From the sequence record MN871446.1: DNA of 64,000 bases; one strand, written 5' to 3'. A program made the position numbers and the translations under genes. Every line of letters begins with the position of its first letter. The stretch's first letter is position 1. This stretch comes from Klebsiella phage KpLz-2_45. A model generated the notes under the pieces. The model made no database searches, was not told where the DNA came from, and saw nothing but the letters and a program-made list of their open reading frames with translations. Below, in pieces: positions 17,373 through 27,004 of this stretch.

Positions 17373-19844
17373 TCAGTAAAATTCAGCCACGGTGTTGACA
17401 CCGTCTTTAGGGTGACGGAAATCAAAGTCAATGATGTCCGAGAAAGGCAAAGCGCCATGCGATACTGCGTGATGCGAAATCAAGAACACCTGTGAGAATC
17501 GCCCGTTCTCAACACCGCGTGTAATGAACTGCATCAGTCTCGCTTTGTGCTCAGGCGAAAGAGGGCGGTCGACTTCGTCTAAACAGAGTGGGACATTGTT
17601 CAGGTTCAGGTAGAGCATCGCTGTGATCTGAAACGCGAAATCAATGATCTTCTGTTGACCGTCTGACCCAGTCCGCATATCCGGTACAATGTAATCGTCG
17701 GAGTCATGGAGACGTAACGGGAACTCGTACGACAGATCACTGTCGTTTGGCTTCCCAATTAACAGTTCCATCGAATGCGTCCAGATATCCGCAATGACTT
17801 CGTTGACCTGACCGATAAAGACTTTGATAAATTCGTTCATCTGCTCGGCCACTGCCCCTGACTTTGGTGACAGTGTCCCAACCAACAGACGGTAACAATC
17901 CACTTTCTCTTTTTGTTTCTCCAGTTGTTTCCGGGTATCGTTAATCTGGTCTTCCAGTGTCTTGGCATCATTAAGGGTTTTGGTCAATGTGCCAATATGA
18001 CCCTGTAAGTCCTGAATGAGCAGTAAACGGGTTTCGTTGAACAAGTATTGAATACCACTGACAGTATCCTTGACCAGTTTTTCGTAGTTACCCGTGACTG
18101 CCTCGACAGCGTTGGTATATTGGTCAGCCAGATTCAACCCTCTTTCGTAGAGTTTTCCTTCCTCTTTAGAACGCGCTAATTCGCTATAGATGTCCTCCAG
18201 CGTCTCTTTGACTTTGACGAAACGTACTCTGACTCCATCAATCCCGGTGACGACGTTCTCTTGTAATTGCGAAAGCACTAATTGCGCTTCTCGTAATTTA
18301 TTTTTTGCCCGATATACCTCAAGGTGTTTTTCCAGGTCTTCTTTGAGTAACAACATCACCTGGACGGCTCGTAACGGTTCGTCTTTTAACGTGACTTGTT
18401 TATCCAATTGAGCAAAAAGACCTTTGGCGGCAGGGGCTTGGTTCCGCAGTCCTATCAAATTACGGTACTGGGACAACCACTGTTCAACCTCTTCAATGTT
18501 CCGTTGGTTTTCGGCAATGGCCTTTTCACCCTGTATCATGCTCTCCTTGAGTTCCTCTGCCTGCTTAGTTAACCGCGGGCGTGAGTCCGAAGATACTCCA
18601 GGGATAAACTGAAAACGACATTGTGGACACTGAACTTCTTTCCCTTGATTGATGTGGTCAATCTGCTCTAACGTTTGCGCGTACTTAGCAGAGAGGCTAT
18701 TGTAATGCTCCTGGAAACGCTGGCGGTTATTCAAGAGTATTTCGTAGCCTTGTCGAGTAAACCGTCCTTCTGGGTCAGGTTGAATTTCCGTCAGGGTTTT
18801 TGACCACTCCGGGAAGATCATGGCGAGTTGTTCTAACGCCATTTCCAGAGTGGTCTCTTCGATGGCCATTTCTGGGGCGTAGAGCTTTTCCAGTGACGCC
18901 TGTTGAAACTGCCGATCCCAATGATTCACTTCGTTACGCAACCGTGCTAAGTTTTCTTCACTGGCATCGGCATTCCGTTTTAGTATCAGTTCCAGTTCGT
19001 CATATTCTTCCTGTAATGCCTTCTTACGCGTTTCTAAACCAAAGACATACTCTTTTAGCTTATTTATCTTTTCAAGCCATAGAGAGCGATTGGTGGCGTT
19101 TAACGGGGTATCTGGTAATTGTTTTAAGGTTTCTTTTATTTGTTGGGGCAATTGTTGCCACTGGTACTGGATTCCGGCGGAGTCTTGACTGCGGTTTTGC
19201 TCCTCATTGTAATCCTTTAATACCTCAGTAACGATACTTTGGTATTCCGTCAGACGAGCGGTAAGAGTGGTTCTCTCGTCGTCAGACATTCGTTGGGTTT
19301 CTTTTTCTGCTAACGACTCCTCTAGCGCATTAACTGCGCCGATAGAGTGTGACAGTTTCTTTCTGGCTTTACCGAATAATGAGTTAGCGAACGACATATC
19401 GGAATCGGCCAAGGCAGTTAATACTTCCTGGCGTTTTGCCGCGCCGGCACCAGAGAATGAGAACTGCCCTGCCTGGATCATCGCGGAGAGTTTATCAACC
19501 GCCAGATATTTCTGCACCAGATCTTTTTGAACGGTAGAAGTTCCGCCGTCGTTTAGGTTTTCCCCGTTCAACCAAAACTCGTGTTTAACATCACTGCCGA
19601 CAATGGTTTTCGTTTCAATTAACCCGTGATCAGTTTCTAACAAAAGGCGAGAGAAACCATTTTTATCGAACATGTTAGACGCAGAAGGGAAAGCCGTGAT
19701 TTCGTCTAAGAGTGCAGATTTCCCAAAACCGTTGGGGCCGATGATAATTTGATAAGGACTTTTTGGTTTGTAAAGGATACGCTCAATCAACCCGGATCGC
19801 AGGCGCTTGTTATGAGAAATTTCGGTTTCAATCACTTTGATCAT
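17373..19844 (-). CDS. Rad50/SbcC-like SMC-family ATPase, 823 aa
   Basis: N-terminal Walker A GPNGFGKS. Long coiled-coil middle with a CPQC zinc-hook motif. C-terminal Walker B/D-loop CLDEVDRPL and H-loop FLISHH. The signature motif is variant (GSDGQQ). Confidence 0.7.
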   Translation of the reverse strand: MIKVIETEISHNKRLRSGLIERILYKPKSPYQIIIGPNGFGKSALLDEITAFPSASNMFDKNGFSRLLLETDHGLIETKTIVGSDVKHEFWLNGENLNDGGTSTVQKDLVQKYLAVDKLSAMIQAGQFSFSGAGAAKRQEVLTALADSDMSFANSLFGKARKKLSHSIGAVNALEESLAEKETQRMSDDERTTLTARLTEYQSIVTEVLKDYNEEQNRSQDSAGIQYQWQQLPQQIKETLKQLPDTPLNATNRSLWLEKINKLKEYVFGLETRKKALQEEYDELELILKRNADASEENLARLRNEVNHWDRQFQQASLEKLYAPEMAIEETTLEMALEQLAMIFPEWSKTLTEIQPDPEGRFTRQGYEILLNNRQRFQEHYNSLSAKYAQTLEQIDHINQGKEVQCPQCRFQFIPGVSSDSRPRLTKQAEELKESMIQGEKAIAENQRNIEEVEQWLSQYRNLIGLRNQAPAAKGLFAQLDKQVTLKDEPLRAVQVMLLLKEDLEKHLEVYRAKNKLREAQLVLSQLQENVVTGIDGVRVRFVKVKETLEDIYSELARSKEEGKLYERGLNLADQYTNAVEAVTGNYEKLVKDTVSGIQYLFNETRLLLIQDLQGHIGTLTKTLNDAKTLEDQINDTRKQLEKQKEKVDCYRLLVGTLSPKSGAVAEQMNEFIKVFIGQVNEVIADIWTHSMELLIGKPNDSDLSYEFPLRLHDSDDYIVPDMRTGSDGQQKIIDFAFQITAMLYLNLNNVPLCLDEVDRPLSPEHKARLMQFITRGVENGRFSQVFLISHHAVSHGALPFSDIIDFDFRHPKDGVNTVAEFY

Positions 19845-19915
19845 TTATTCGTACCGTAACAAAAAGTGGACTCTATTACAATAGCCGGAAAAGTGAAAAA
19901 TAATAAGGGGACTTA

Positions 19916-20905
19916 ATGAACAACCACGATATCGTCGAGAGGACGTTTGGCATCGTTGCCGAGAATAAACCCCTAGGACAAAACAACATTTTAGTCTGGG
20001 CTCACCAGAAGACACCGTGGATGCAAGGGGACGTACAAAGCCAGTTACAGAAACTTACTGTTGAGAGCGTCGATGCTTCGGGGAAAAAGATTGAAGCTAC
20101 TGCGGTGACCGACACCGCGATCGAAGCTCAGTGGCGACCAGTGGACAGCAGTTGGAGTACTGCCCCTGATGTTCAGCGTGGCGAGGTAGTAGAACTGATT
20201 CGTTACGCAGACATGAATACCTACTACTGGCGTGAGCGCGGTGACGGTGCGGTTGCCAGACGACTCGAAACCAAACGGCTGTTGGTCTCTGCGAATCGAG
20301 AAGCGGGTATCCCTAGTCCTGACACCCATTACATGATTGAAATCTCCGGCCATACCGGCGCGATCAATATTACCACCTCAAAAGCCAATGGCGAGATCAG
20401 TAAGTACCATATCACTTTGAATGGGGCGGGAGGTGCGATTAGCCTTGGCGACGATGAAGGGAATGAGTTTTATCTCGAGACCAAAGAGAAGCTTATTCGT
20501 ACCCGAAACAGTTCGGGATCAATGGTGGAAATGAGCGACAAGAAAATTGGCGTCTTTTGCTTAGAGGATTTGATTCTGGTTGGTAAAGAAAAAATCATCA
20601 TGCAAGCGGAAAATATTCTGATTGAAGCGACGGAGAATTTGGAAGTAGAGGCAGGAAAAAGGATCGCGTTGACTGCCGGGGAGCGGTTTGATACAACCGC
20701 GCCGATTATTGCCTTAAACGGCGCTATCCAATTAAACGGACCGATCAGTCAAGAAACGACAGACAGTAACTACGATGCAACGTTGAAAGGTACTGTGACC
20801 ACCACCGTGGACGTTATTGCCGCGGGCGTGAGTCTGGTTAAACACCCGCACAAAGGCGTGGAAAGAGGTAACGACGAATCGGGATCACCGGTACCAACAG
20901 CATAA
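19916..20905 (+). CDS. putative baseplate central spike / beta-helical protein, 329 aa
   Basis: AAGGGG RBS. The C-terminal half is made of short beta-strand-like repeats (ITLNGAGGAISLG, IALNGAIQLNG) and ends in VKHPHKGVERG (HxH). This resembles spike-tip proteins. The assignment is by architecture only. Confidence 0.4.
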   Translation: MNNHDIVERTFGIVAENKPLGQNNILVWAHQKTPWMQGDVQSQLQKLTVESVDASGKKIEATAVTDTAIEAQWRPVDSSWSTAPDVQRGEVVELIRYADMNTYYWRERGDGAVARRLETKRLLVSANREAGIPSPDTHYMIEISGHTGAINITTSKANGEISKYHITLNGAGGAISLGDDEGNEFYLETKEKLIRTRNSSGSMVEMSDKKIGVFCLEDLILVGKEKIIMQAENILIEATENLEVEAGKRIALTAGERFDTTAPIIALNGAIQLNGPISQETTDSNYDATLKGTVTTTVDVIAAGVSLVKHPHKGVERGNDESGSPVPTA

Positions 20906-20908
20906 AAG

Positions 20909-20937
20909 GAGACTGGAGGACGAAAGTCCTCCAGTCT
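20909..20937. terminator. hairpin GAGACTGGAGGAC-gaaa-GTCCTCCAGTCT (GNRA loop)
   Basis: 12-13-bp stem between convergent genes. Confidence 0.55.
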
Positions 20938-20943
20938 GTGATG

Positions 20944-21474
20944 TCAACCGTAAATCACATCCACTAATGTAATATTACGCAAGTTCTTTCCGTCACCTTT
21001 GTCAGATCCACCGCCGTATGCCCAGACTGTGATTCTTTCACCGGCCGCGAATGAACACGGTAAAACAGGGGAACGTTTTACCCCGGAACCCGACGGGGCA
21101 TCCCAGGACCAATCACCCGGTCGAGTTTGGTTCGCACCGTATTTACCTCCAGAACCGTGCCATCCGCCCTGGTTACCATCGAGGGTAATGTCGATGACCA
21201 CGCCCACGACTCGCTTCGCTGTCGGGAGATCCCAATACGTGGAGTAAACCGAGTTACCCCAAAGAACCCCGCCGATAGAACCGCTTCGTCCACCTTCGTG
21301 CGTGCTGTTCCAGAAACTCTGCGGAAGATCGATCTTATCCCACAGTGGTTGCCACACACCGCCATTAACTACCCAGGCATTATCAACACGATGCCAACTT
21401 CCGCCGTTAACGATCCACGGAAGATCAACACCACGCCAGCCGCCACCATTGACTAATCTAGGGTAACTACGCAT
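20944..21474 (-). CDS. tail fibre tip or accessory protein with W-containing tandem repeats, 176 aa
   Basis: N-terminal repeats VNGGGWRGVDLPW / VNGGSWHRVDNAW / VNGGVWQPLWDKIDLP. Located immediately downstream of the fibre genes. Confidence 0.45.
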   Translation of the reverse strand: MRSYPRLVNGGGWRGVDLPWIVNGGSWHRVDNAWVVNGGVWQPLWDKIDLPQSFWNSTHEGGRSGSIGGVLWGNSVYSTYWDLPTAKRVVGVVIDITLDGNQGGWHGSGGKYGANQTRPGDWSWDAPSGSGVKRSPVLPCSFAAGERITVWAYGGGSDKGDGKNLRNITLVDVIYG

Positions 21475-21487
21475 TTACTCTACTCCC

Positions 21488-22843
21488 TTAGAAAAGTTTA
21501 TACCAGATGTGGCCTTCGCGGTAACCCGATGTACTACCAGGCGGGGTGCTGTAAGAGAACGTACGGTAACCGTCTGTGTAACGTCGAATACTGTACGGCG
21601 TAGCGAAGACGCTCCCGGCATTACCATCATAGTTTTCCTGATCGGTAGCTTCTCGCCAGTTTGGGACACTTCCTAAACCCACTTGCGCTTTAGTAACGCT
21701 GTGGGGGTTAGACTTATTATTCGCGTGCGAGGCAATATTCGGGTCCGGCTGATTCGTGGTGTGTACGCGACCCATCGAGGTGTTGTCAACCTGCGCCAGA
21801 ATTTGCGTGCCATCCCACCCAATACGAATCGTGTTGGTTAACATGTTCGTGCCACCACCACGAATTACCTGCGCGTTATTCGTCACGTTACCTAACCCGA
21901 CTTGGGCGGCAGTGGTGTTATGCGGGTTACTGGTGTTTTGTACGTGGCTCGTTATGGTTGGAGTGACGTTGGTCGCAATGTACTTAGTGATCTGTTGGAT
22001 CCCGCGTAAAGGGGTCATAATCACGTTCAGTGCTGTGCCAGCTTCCGCCTCATCCTGCGTCGCGGGACGATAGTTCTCAACTGCCCCCAGCCCCACTTGT
22101 GCCTTGGTAACTTTATGGGGATTGCTAACATCGTCGATATGCGTGGTCAAATTCGTTTGAACACCATTGATGCTGTTAATCACCCCGTCAATCCGATTAT
22201 CTAAACGCTCAATTTCTGCGTAAAGATCTGTATCGGTCTGGTGCAGGGCATCGAGATTATCGTCGAGGTACGCTTTGATACGGTCGATGTAGTTGTAAAG
22301 AACATCATGCGAAGAAACGTCACCGGTATAGGCCGCCTGAACCAATTCTTCTAAGGCCAACACCACGTACTCAAGACCGTAAAGGTCAGTCGCGGAGTGA
22401 AGGTGTTTAGACGGGTTAAACTCAATCGGTTTACCGAGAATGGCGTCCCACGTCACCGCACGGTTGTCCTGCTGTAGATCAGAGATCAACTGAACAAGGA
22501 CATCGCGGGCAGTGGTGTAGGGACCCCCTACACATTGGTAAGTCAGATAGACTGCGGTCACGTTAGCGTTGAGAATCTGTACGATCGTACAAATAGGTTT
22601 ACCGATTTCCAATTCCGCTTCTTGATACGGATAAAGGATTTTATAATCGGTATTCAGGGTCAACACTGCGCCCGTGGCCTGATCGACCACAACCATGCTC
22701 TTGGTAAAGAATGCGCCAGCGTAAGGCGCAATGGCGCGATAAACTTCGCGCCCTACCGTACGTGCCTCGTTGATAATTTTATTACTCGCTGCGGCGCCTG
22801 TCCGATCAAGCGGGTATTTCAAAGCTGCCGTACTTACTGTCAT
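21488..22843 (-). CDS. tail fibre protein with phage-fibre repeats, 451 aa
   Basis: At least three copies of NPH[KNS]VT[KA]AQVGLG[AN]V.N, corresponding to the phage tail fibre repeat family. Multiple ...T.L...I. spacing. Confidence 0.7.
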   Translation of the reverse strand: MTVSTAALKYPLDRTGAAASNKIINEARTVGREVYRAIAPYAGAFFTKSMVVVDQATGAVLTLNTDYKILYPYQEAELEIGKPICTIVQILNANVTAVYLTYQCVGGPYTTARDVLVQLISDLQQDNRAVTWDAILGKPIEFNPSKHLHSATDLYGLEYVVLALEELVQAAYTGDVSSHDVLYNYIDRIKAYLDDNLDALHQTDTDLYAEIERLDNRIDGVINSINGVQTNLTTHIDDVSNPHKVTKAQVGLGAVENYRPATQDEAEAGTALNVIMTPLRGIQQITKYIATNVTPTITSHVQNTSNPHNTTAAQVGLGNVTNNAQVIRGGGTNMLTNTIRIGWDGTQILAQVDNTSMGRVHTTNQPDPNIASHANNKSNPHSVTKAQVGLGSVPNWREATDQENYDGNAGSVFATPYSIRRYTDGYRTFSYSTPPGSTSGYREGHIWYKLF

Positions 22844-24320
22844 TTTAAACCTCGCTTAAAGGGAAGTCGGTGGATTCAGGACCGCAAATTGATTGTTGGG
22901 TAAAGGCATGAAAACTTCTTTGGACCCTAAGTTACAAATAGTACGTCCTACGCGCAGATCGGTGTCCAACGTAGTCATGTCAGCGGTTTCGTCGATCGCC
23001 CAAGCGGAACCGGAATATTTATAACTTTGACGAGAGATCACATCGACAATACTATAAACCAAACCACCGAAGGTAGTAGGCGTAAAGATCAGCGAATCTT
23101 TACCATTGACGATAAACCCACCCATGTTCGCAAAAGCGGATGAACTGAAGGTCACCGAACTCACGTCAACCGTGACGGTCGTAGAGGCTACGGTCACGGA
23201 CATACTGGTCCCGGATTTCGTACAGGTAACCTGAATAGAGGAACCCGTTAACGCCGCGATTGCAACGTCACTTCCTTTGGTCCAAGTACCGGCGATATAC
23301 GTACCGAGATAGACCGCACCGTTTTTAAAGAAGATACCGGCGTAATTGTCATTACCGCTAGTGTCTTGATAGTAACCGAAAATAAACCCAGGTACTGAAG
23401 TACCCGTCGCCACATCGACATACCCTTTCTGGGAGTAAGTAGAAGGCGCCGCAATCAACAATGCCGATACTTTATCCGCGGCCTGTAACGGGGAAGTCAA
23501 CGTACGCAGGGTAGCATCCCACGTTTTGTTAATCCCCGTTGAATGCGTTACCGCCGCATCGAGTAGCCCGCCGGCCGGGAACCCGGCCGTGAGTTTAGCG
23601 ATATAACTCGGCTGGCAGGAATAATCACGAACGATTACGTTGTTCTTAATAGCCGTCACCACACCTGCGGGATCGACGTATTTCTGAGTGACGGTACCGG
23701 CGGCGTTCTCTGCACTTGAGGCAAAGCCGGCATTAACCACGTTTCCTAAGCCTACATCCGCTGCCGTTAAGTTAGTCCCTTGTTCAATCGCTTGGTCGAC
23801 ATAAATTTTCGCAGCATTGGTCCACCAATACGCAATTCCCGCTGGAGTGGTATAGAGGTTGGCGGCAGTCCCTAAAACGGTTTGGTCGTTCGTTGCCGTT
23901 CCGTAGTTCTGAACGTTACCTAACCCGACTTGGGCCGCGGTCACACTGTGCGGATTATTTTTATCCAGTAAGTGCGCGGCCAGCGGTTGGTCAGTTGAGT
24001 TTGTCAACATCAGGTTGGCCAGATACGGGGTCAGTAAAGTCGTTTTACTCACACCCGCTAACGCTTCTTCTTCCGTTGCTGTGGTGTAGTTAGGGACATT
24101 CCCCAAGCCCACTTGTGCTTTAGTGACGCCATGCGGGTTATTGGTGTTCGTGGTGTGGAACTCCATGATACCCGGAACCAGCGCGTTTGCCAGAATCCTG
24201 CCGCCCGACGGGGTCAGGTACAGGTTATCCGCTACCCCTGCCGAAGATTCGAGGGTGTTCGCAACACGGTAGTTTTGTACCAGATCTAACCCAACTTGGG
24301 CTTTATTCACCTTGTGCGGG
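21650..24320 (-). repeat. dispersed about 40-nt degenerate repeat (encoding NPH.VT.AQVGLGNV) occurring at least 8 times across the two adjacent fibre genes
   Basis: Copies near 21661, 21885, 22085, 23915, 24095 and 24275 share AACCC.CA.........GC.CA.GT.GG..T.GG on the coding strand. Confidence 0.55.
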
Positions 24321-25099
24321 TTACTGTCGTCGTTCTCGTGTGCTTCCAGTAACGGCAAGTAAATTGCCTGGAATTGCTGAGACGTTCTTAAAGACGTCAT
24401 GTAGTACGTATTATCTGTACCGCCTTCTGCCTGCTCTTTATTCGCCGGAACCAGATTACCCAGATCGTCAATACCCAAATCGGCCAATGTGATTTTGTGT
24501 GGGTTGTTGTGGTCGGCAATGTGTTCTAGCAAAGATTGCATGGCTTTATTAAAGCCGGCAGATTGTGCATCAGAAAGCGAATAGATCGCAGAAATCACTT
24601 CGCTGAAGCCCGTCATGTCATCAACGTCATGACGGTGGGCGATAGTCGGGAATTCCGTTGGGAGATCAACCACGGCACCCCATTGCAAGGAACGCGGGTC
24701 TTGCGCTTTGTTCGCCATGAGCTGGAGAATTTTATTCTCGTCTAAACAGAATTCTCCCCCTAGGGTGTGGTATTCAATTTCGATATTGGCGCTGAGTGAT
24801 TTATCGTTAAAGACAATCGCACCGTAGACCGGTAACTGACTTCCAGAAACCGTAATTTGGTCGAAACGGAAACCAAAGAAATAATCGACGTCAGGGCGTA
24901 AGGTGACGCCGGTGGTCGTATTGCGGCAGACAAAGCCGCGACGGAAGAACGGTGCGTAACGCGGGACAATAAAGTTAAAGTCGGTTCCGTTAGCTGCTGT
25001 TATCGTATGAGCCTCACCTGAGATCTGGTTACTTTCATTCTCTTGGTAAGGATCGAAGTCATATGGGAATACAATTTCGTCGCTCATGATTATCCTCAA
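22856..25099 (-). CDS. large tail fibre protein with phage-fibre repeats, 747 aa
   Basis: At least five copies of NPH.VT.AQVGLGNV.NY. Gly/Thr/Ser-rich C-terminal region. Adjacent paralogous fibre gene. Confidence 0.7.
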   Translation of the reverse strand: MRIIMSDEIVFPYDFDPYQENESNQISGEAHTITAANGTDFNFIVPRYAPFFRRGFVCRNTTTGVTLRPDVDYFFGFRFDQITVSGSQLPVYGAIVFNDKSLSANIEIEYHTLGGEFCLDENKILQLMANKAQDPRSLQWGAVVDLPTEFPTIAHRHDVDDMTGFSEVISAIYSLSDAQSAGFNKAMQSLLEHIADHNNPHKITLADLGIDDLGNLVPANKEQAEGGTDNTYYMTSLRTSQQFQAIYLPLLEAHENDDSNPHKVNKAQVGLDLVQNYRVANTLESSAGVADNLYLTPSGGRILANALVPGIMEFHTTNTNNPHGVTKAQVGLGNVPNYTTATEEEALAGVSKTTLLTPYLANLMLTNSTDQPLAAHLLDKNNPHSVTAAQVGLGNVQNYGTATNDQTVLGTAANLYTTPAGIAYWWTNAAKIYVDQAIEQGTNLTAADVGLGNVVNAGFASSAENAAGTVTQKYVDPAGVVTAIKNNVIVRDYSCQPSYIAKLTAGFPAGGLLDAAVTHSTGINKTWDATLRTLTSPLQAADKVSALLIAAPSTYSQKGYVDVATGTSVPGFIFGYYQDTSGNDNYAGIFFKNGAVYLGTYIAGTWTKGSDVAIAALTGSSIQVTCTKSGTSMSVTVASTTVTVDVSSVTFSSSAFANMGGFIVNGKDSLIFTPTTFGGLVYSIVDVISRQSYKYSGSAWAIDETADMTTLDTDLRVGRTICNLGSKEVFMPLPNNQFAVLNPPTSL

Positions 25100-25152
25100 T
25101 GTACCATCGGCCGATGGATCAACATACCAATACTCATCAAAAAGGACCGGAC

Positions 25153-26397
25153 ATGTATCAGCTTATTCAGGCACAAACACGAACGAAAGGTAGTTTTAAT
25201 GATTGGGAAGAAAAGGCACTGGGTGAAGTACGACTGATTACCATCTTCACTTTGTACAGTAATGTTCTGGTTTACCTCTTCGACGCGACTAACGAGAAGA
25301 ACGGATGGCTGGATCTCTATAGCCTCCCGGTGTCGGTGCGCGATTCTGTCGCCACGTTAAATCAATACCTTGAATTAGCATCTGGTCTGACTTTGGTGGA
25401 AGACGACCCTCGTGGTCAACGCGGTGACAGTTACGTTCGCTTTCTGAATGCAATGGCGTACAAGTTCACCTTTAAAGGGACTAACGCTAATTTCAGTACC
25501 GACGAAAACCTGTTACCAGATCAACGTATTGACCTTCTGGTGCAACGGGACGGCATTACCGATTACAGTACTATTGTTGACCAATCTCTTTGGACAGTCA
25601 ACGGACTCTGTTTCCGAGCATGGCCGATTGATGGCGAAGGGATTACACTGAACCACGCTGGTAAGTTTGCGTCCAAGTTTAACGACTTACGTGTAGGGAT
25701 TCTGGATTTTAGTTCAATTGGGAAAGTAGAGACTTACCCTATTTCGGCGAGTATGATTCAGGGCGGTGGGGAAGCGTTACCATTAGCTAAAGGGTTTTAC
25801 TTACGTTCTCCGGTGGCGCTGACCGGGAAAACCGTTGGTCTGGTAGTAGCGGGGAAACTGTATCTTCTCGATAAAGAAGTCTCTGTTACTGGGGAAACCC
25901 GTATCCAAGTCCATATGCAGAATATCAACCTGATCAACCACTTTTTTGAAACGCACCAATATTTGGACTACAGTGACATTCCGCTTTCTAAAGATGAGAA
26001 TGAAACAGAACAGGTGGTTGCAAATCAGTTCATCACTGACGCAGTGATCAAAGCGTTTATGACTTCGGTTTATTCTTTCCTGGTGGTGATCGACAGCGTG
26101 AACCTTGAGAAAGAATACCTCAGTTTGAAACGGACGTTGATTGATGGGACTTATCTCTCGCCGGGCGAGGCTTTACCAGACCTTCCGGCACAAATCGGTA
26201 ACGGGTATCTGGCGGAGTATACCTTGTGGAAGCAAGATGGGTTCTACGCACTGCGTCTCCCGCATTCGTTAGTCAGTCGTTGGTTTTACGAAACCATTCC
26301 AATGAATGAGCGCCAACTGGTTCAGAACCAACGTTACGGTTATAAACCGACGTTCTCTTCTGAAGCACGGCTTCTCTTAATTAAAAAGGTGGCCTGA
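25153..26397 (+). CDS. hypothetical protein, about 414 aa (ORF track start 25099), probably tail-associated
   Basis: The internal ATG at 25153 is preceded by AAAAAGGACCGGAC. The upstream ATG overlaps the divergent fibre gene. Confidence 0.5.
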   Translation: MYQLIQAQTRTKGSFNDWEEKALGEVRLITIFTLYSNVLVYLFDATNEKNGWLDLYSLPVSVRDSVATLNQYLELASGLTLVEDDPRGQRGDSYVRFLNAMAYKFTFKGTNANFSTDENLLPDQRIDLLVQRDGITDYSTIVDQSLWTVNGLCFRAWPIDGEGITLNHAGKFASKFNDLRVGILDFSSIGKVETYPISASMIQGGGEALPLAKGFYLRSPVALTGKTVGLVVAGKLYLLDKEVSVTGETRIQVHMQNINLINHFFETHQYLDYSDIPLSKDENETEQVVANQFITDAVIKAFMTSVYSFLVVIDSVNLEKEYLSLKRTLIDGTYLSPGEALPDLPAQIGNGYLAEYTLWKQDGFYALRLPHSLVSRWFYETIPMNERQLVQNQRYGYKPTFSSEARLLLIKKVA

Positions 26398-26399
26398 GT

Positions 26400-26999
26400 A
26401 TGTGGACTTCATTTTTCAACAACAAGTTGGTCAGGTGGCTTCTGGTCATTCTCTCTATTTTGCTCTTTATCTACGGTGTATTTAAAGCCGGGGAATACGC
26501 ACAGAAAAAGATCACTGAAACAATCGCCGACGTCACGAACCAAATGACGCAAACCATCCAAAAGAATTTGCAACAGTCGCTTGATGAGCACATGGGCGTG
26601 TTACAAAACGAATTGGATAATAACTTGTCTTCAATCAATGGTAAATTCGATGAACAACAAAAAGCGATTAAAAATACTCAGTCTAAGCTTGATGGTATTG
26701 GTGATGTGTGGTTGCGCGTCGAAAGAGTACGTACCGACCAAAAACACGTCGGTAACGCTCAAGGTACCGGAAGTCAAACTCCCGGAAGTTCGGGAGGAAG
26801 TGATGGAACCTATTACGCCAAACTTCCAGCTGAGAATGTGCAATTTCTTAAAGGGGAAGCCTTTAGAGCAGATCAATGCGCCGTGCGATTAAACGCCGCG
26901 CAGCAGGTCATCGTTCAGTATAAAGGGGCGTTTGTAAAATACCAGGAACTCGTGGAAGTTTACCTTAACGCCGCCCAACTTGACGGTAAGACAAAATAA
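26400..26999 (+). CDS. type-II membrane coiled-coil protein; candidate i-spanin (Rz-like)
   Basis: N-terminal TM helix LVRWLLVILSILLFIYGVF followed by a long coiled-coil periplasmic-type domain. Contains an embedded +1-frame lipoprotein ORF. Confidence 0.45.
   Translation: MWTSFFNNKLVRWLLVILSILLFIYGVFKAGEYAQKKITETIADVTNQMTQTIQKNLQQSLDEHMGVLQNELDNNLSSINGKFDEQQKAIKNTQSKLDGIGDVWLRVERVRTDQKHVGNAQGTGSQTPGSSGGSDGTYYAKLPAENVQFLKGEAFRADQCAVRLNAAQQVIVQYKGAFVKYQELVEVYLNAAQLDGKTK
26650..26892 (+). CDS. embedded +1-frame ORF encoding a candidate o-spanin (Rz1-like) lipoprotein, about 80 aa
   Basis: Translation MNNKKRLKILSLSLMVLVMCGCASKE... has a classic signal peptide (basic n-region, hydrophobic core, Cys lipobox-like VMCGC) and a Pro-rich mature part ending in a Cys. 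Confidence 0.35.
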   Translation: MNNKKRLKILSLSLMVLVMCGCASKEYVPTKNTSVTLKVPEVKLPEVREEVMEPITPNFQLRMCNFLKGKPLEQINAPCD

Positions 27000-27004
27000 A
27001 ATAA

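Noticed and set aside
16336-17458. Possible programmed frameshift between overlapping ORFs 16336..16737 and 16649..17458
   Set aside because: The overlap disappears when internal ATGs with good RBSs (16659, 17290) are used. No slippery heptamer was seen.
21488-25099. Repeats in fibre genes as a CRISPR-like or noncoding array
   Set aside because: The repeats are in-frame coding repeats (NPH.VT.AQVGLGNV) with variable spacing. No array of identical direct repeats with unique spacers exists anywhere in the window.
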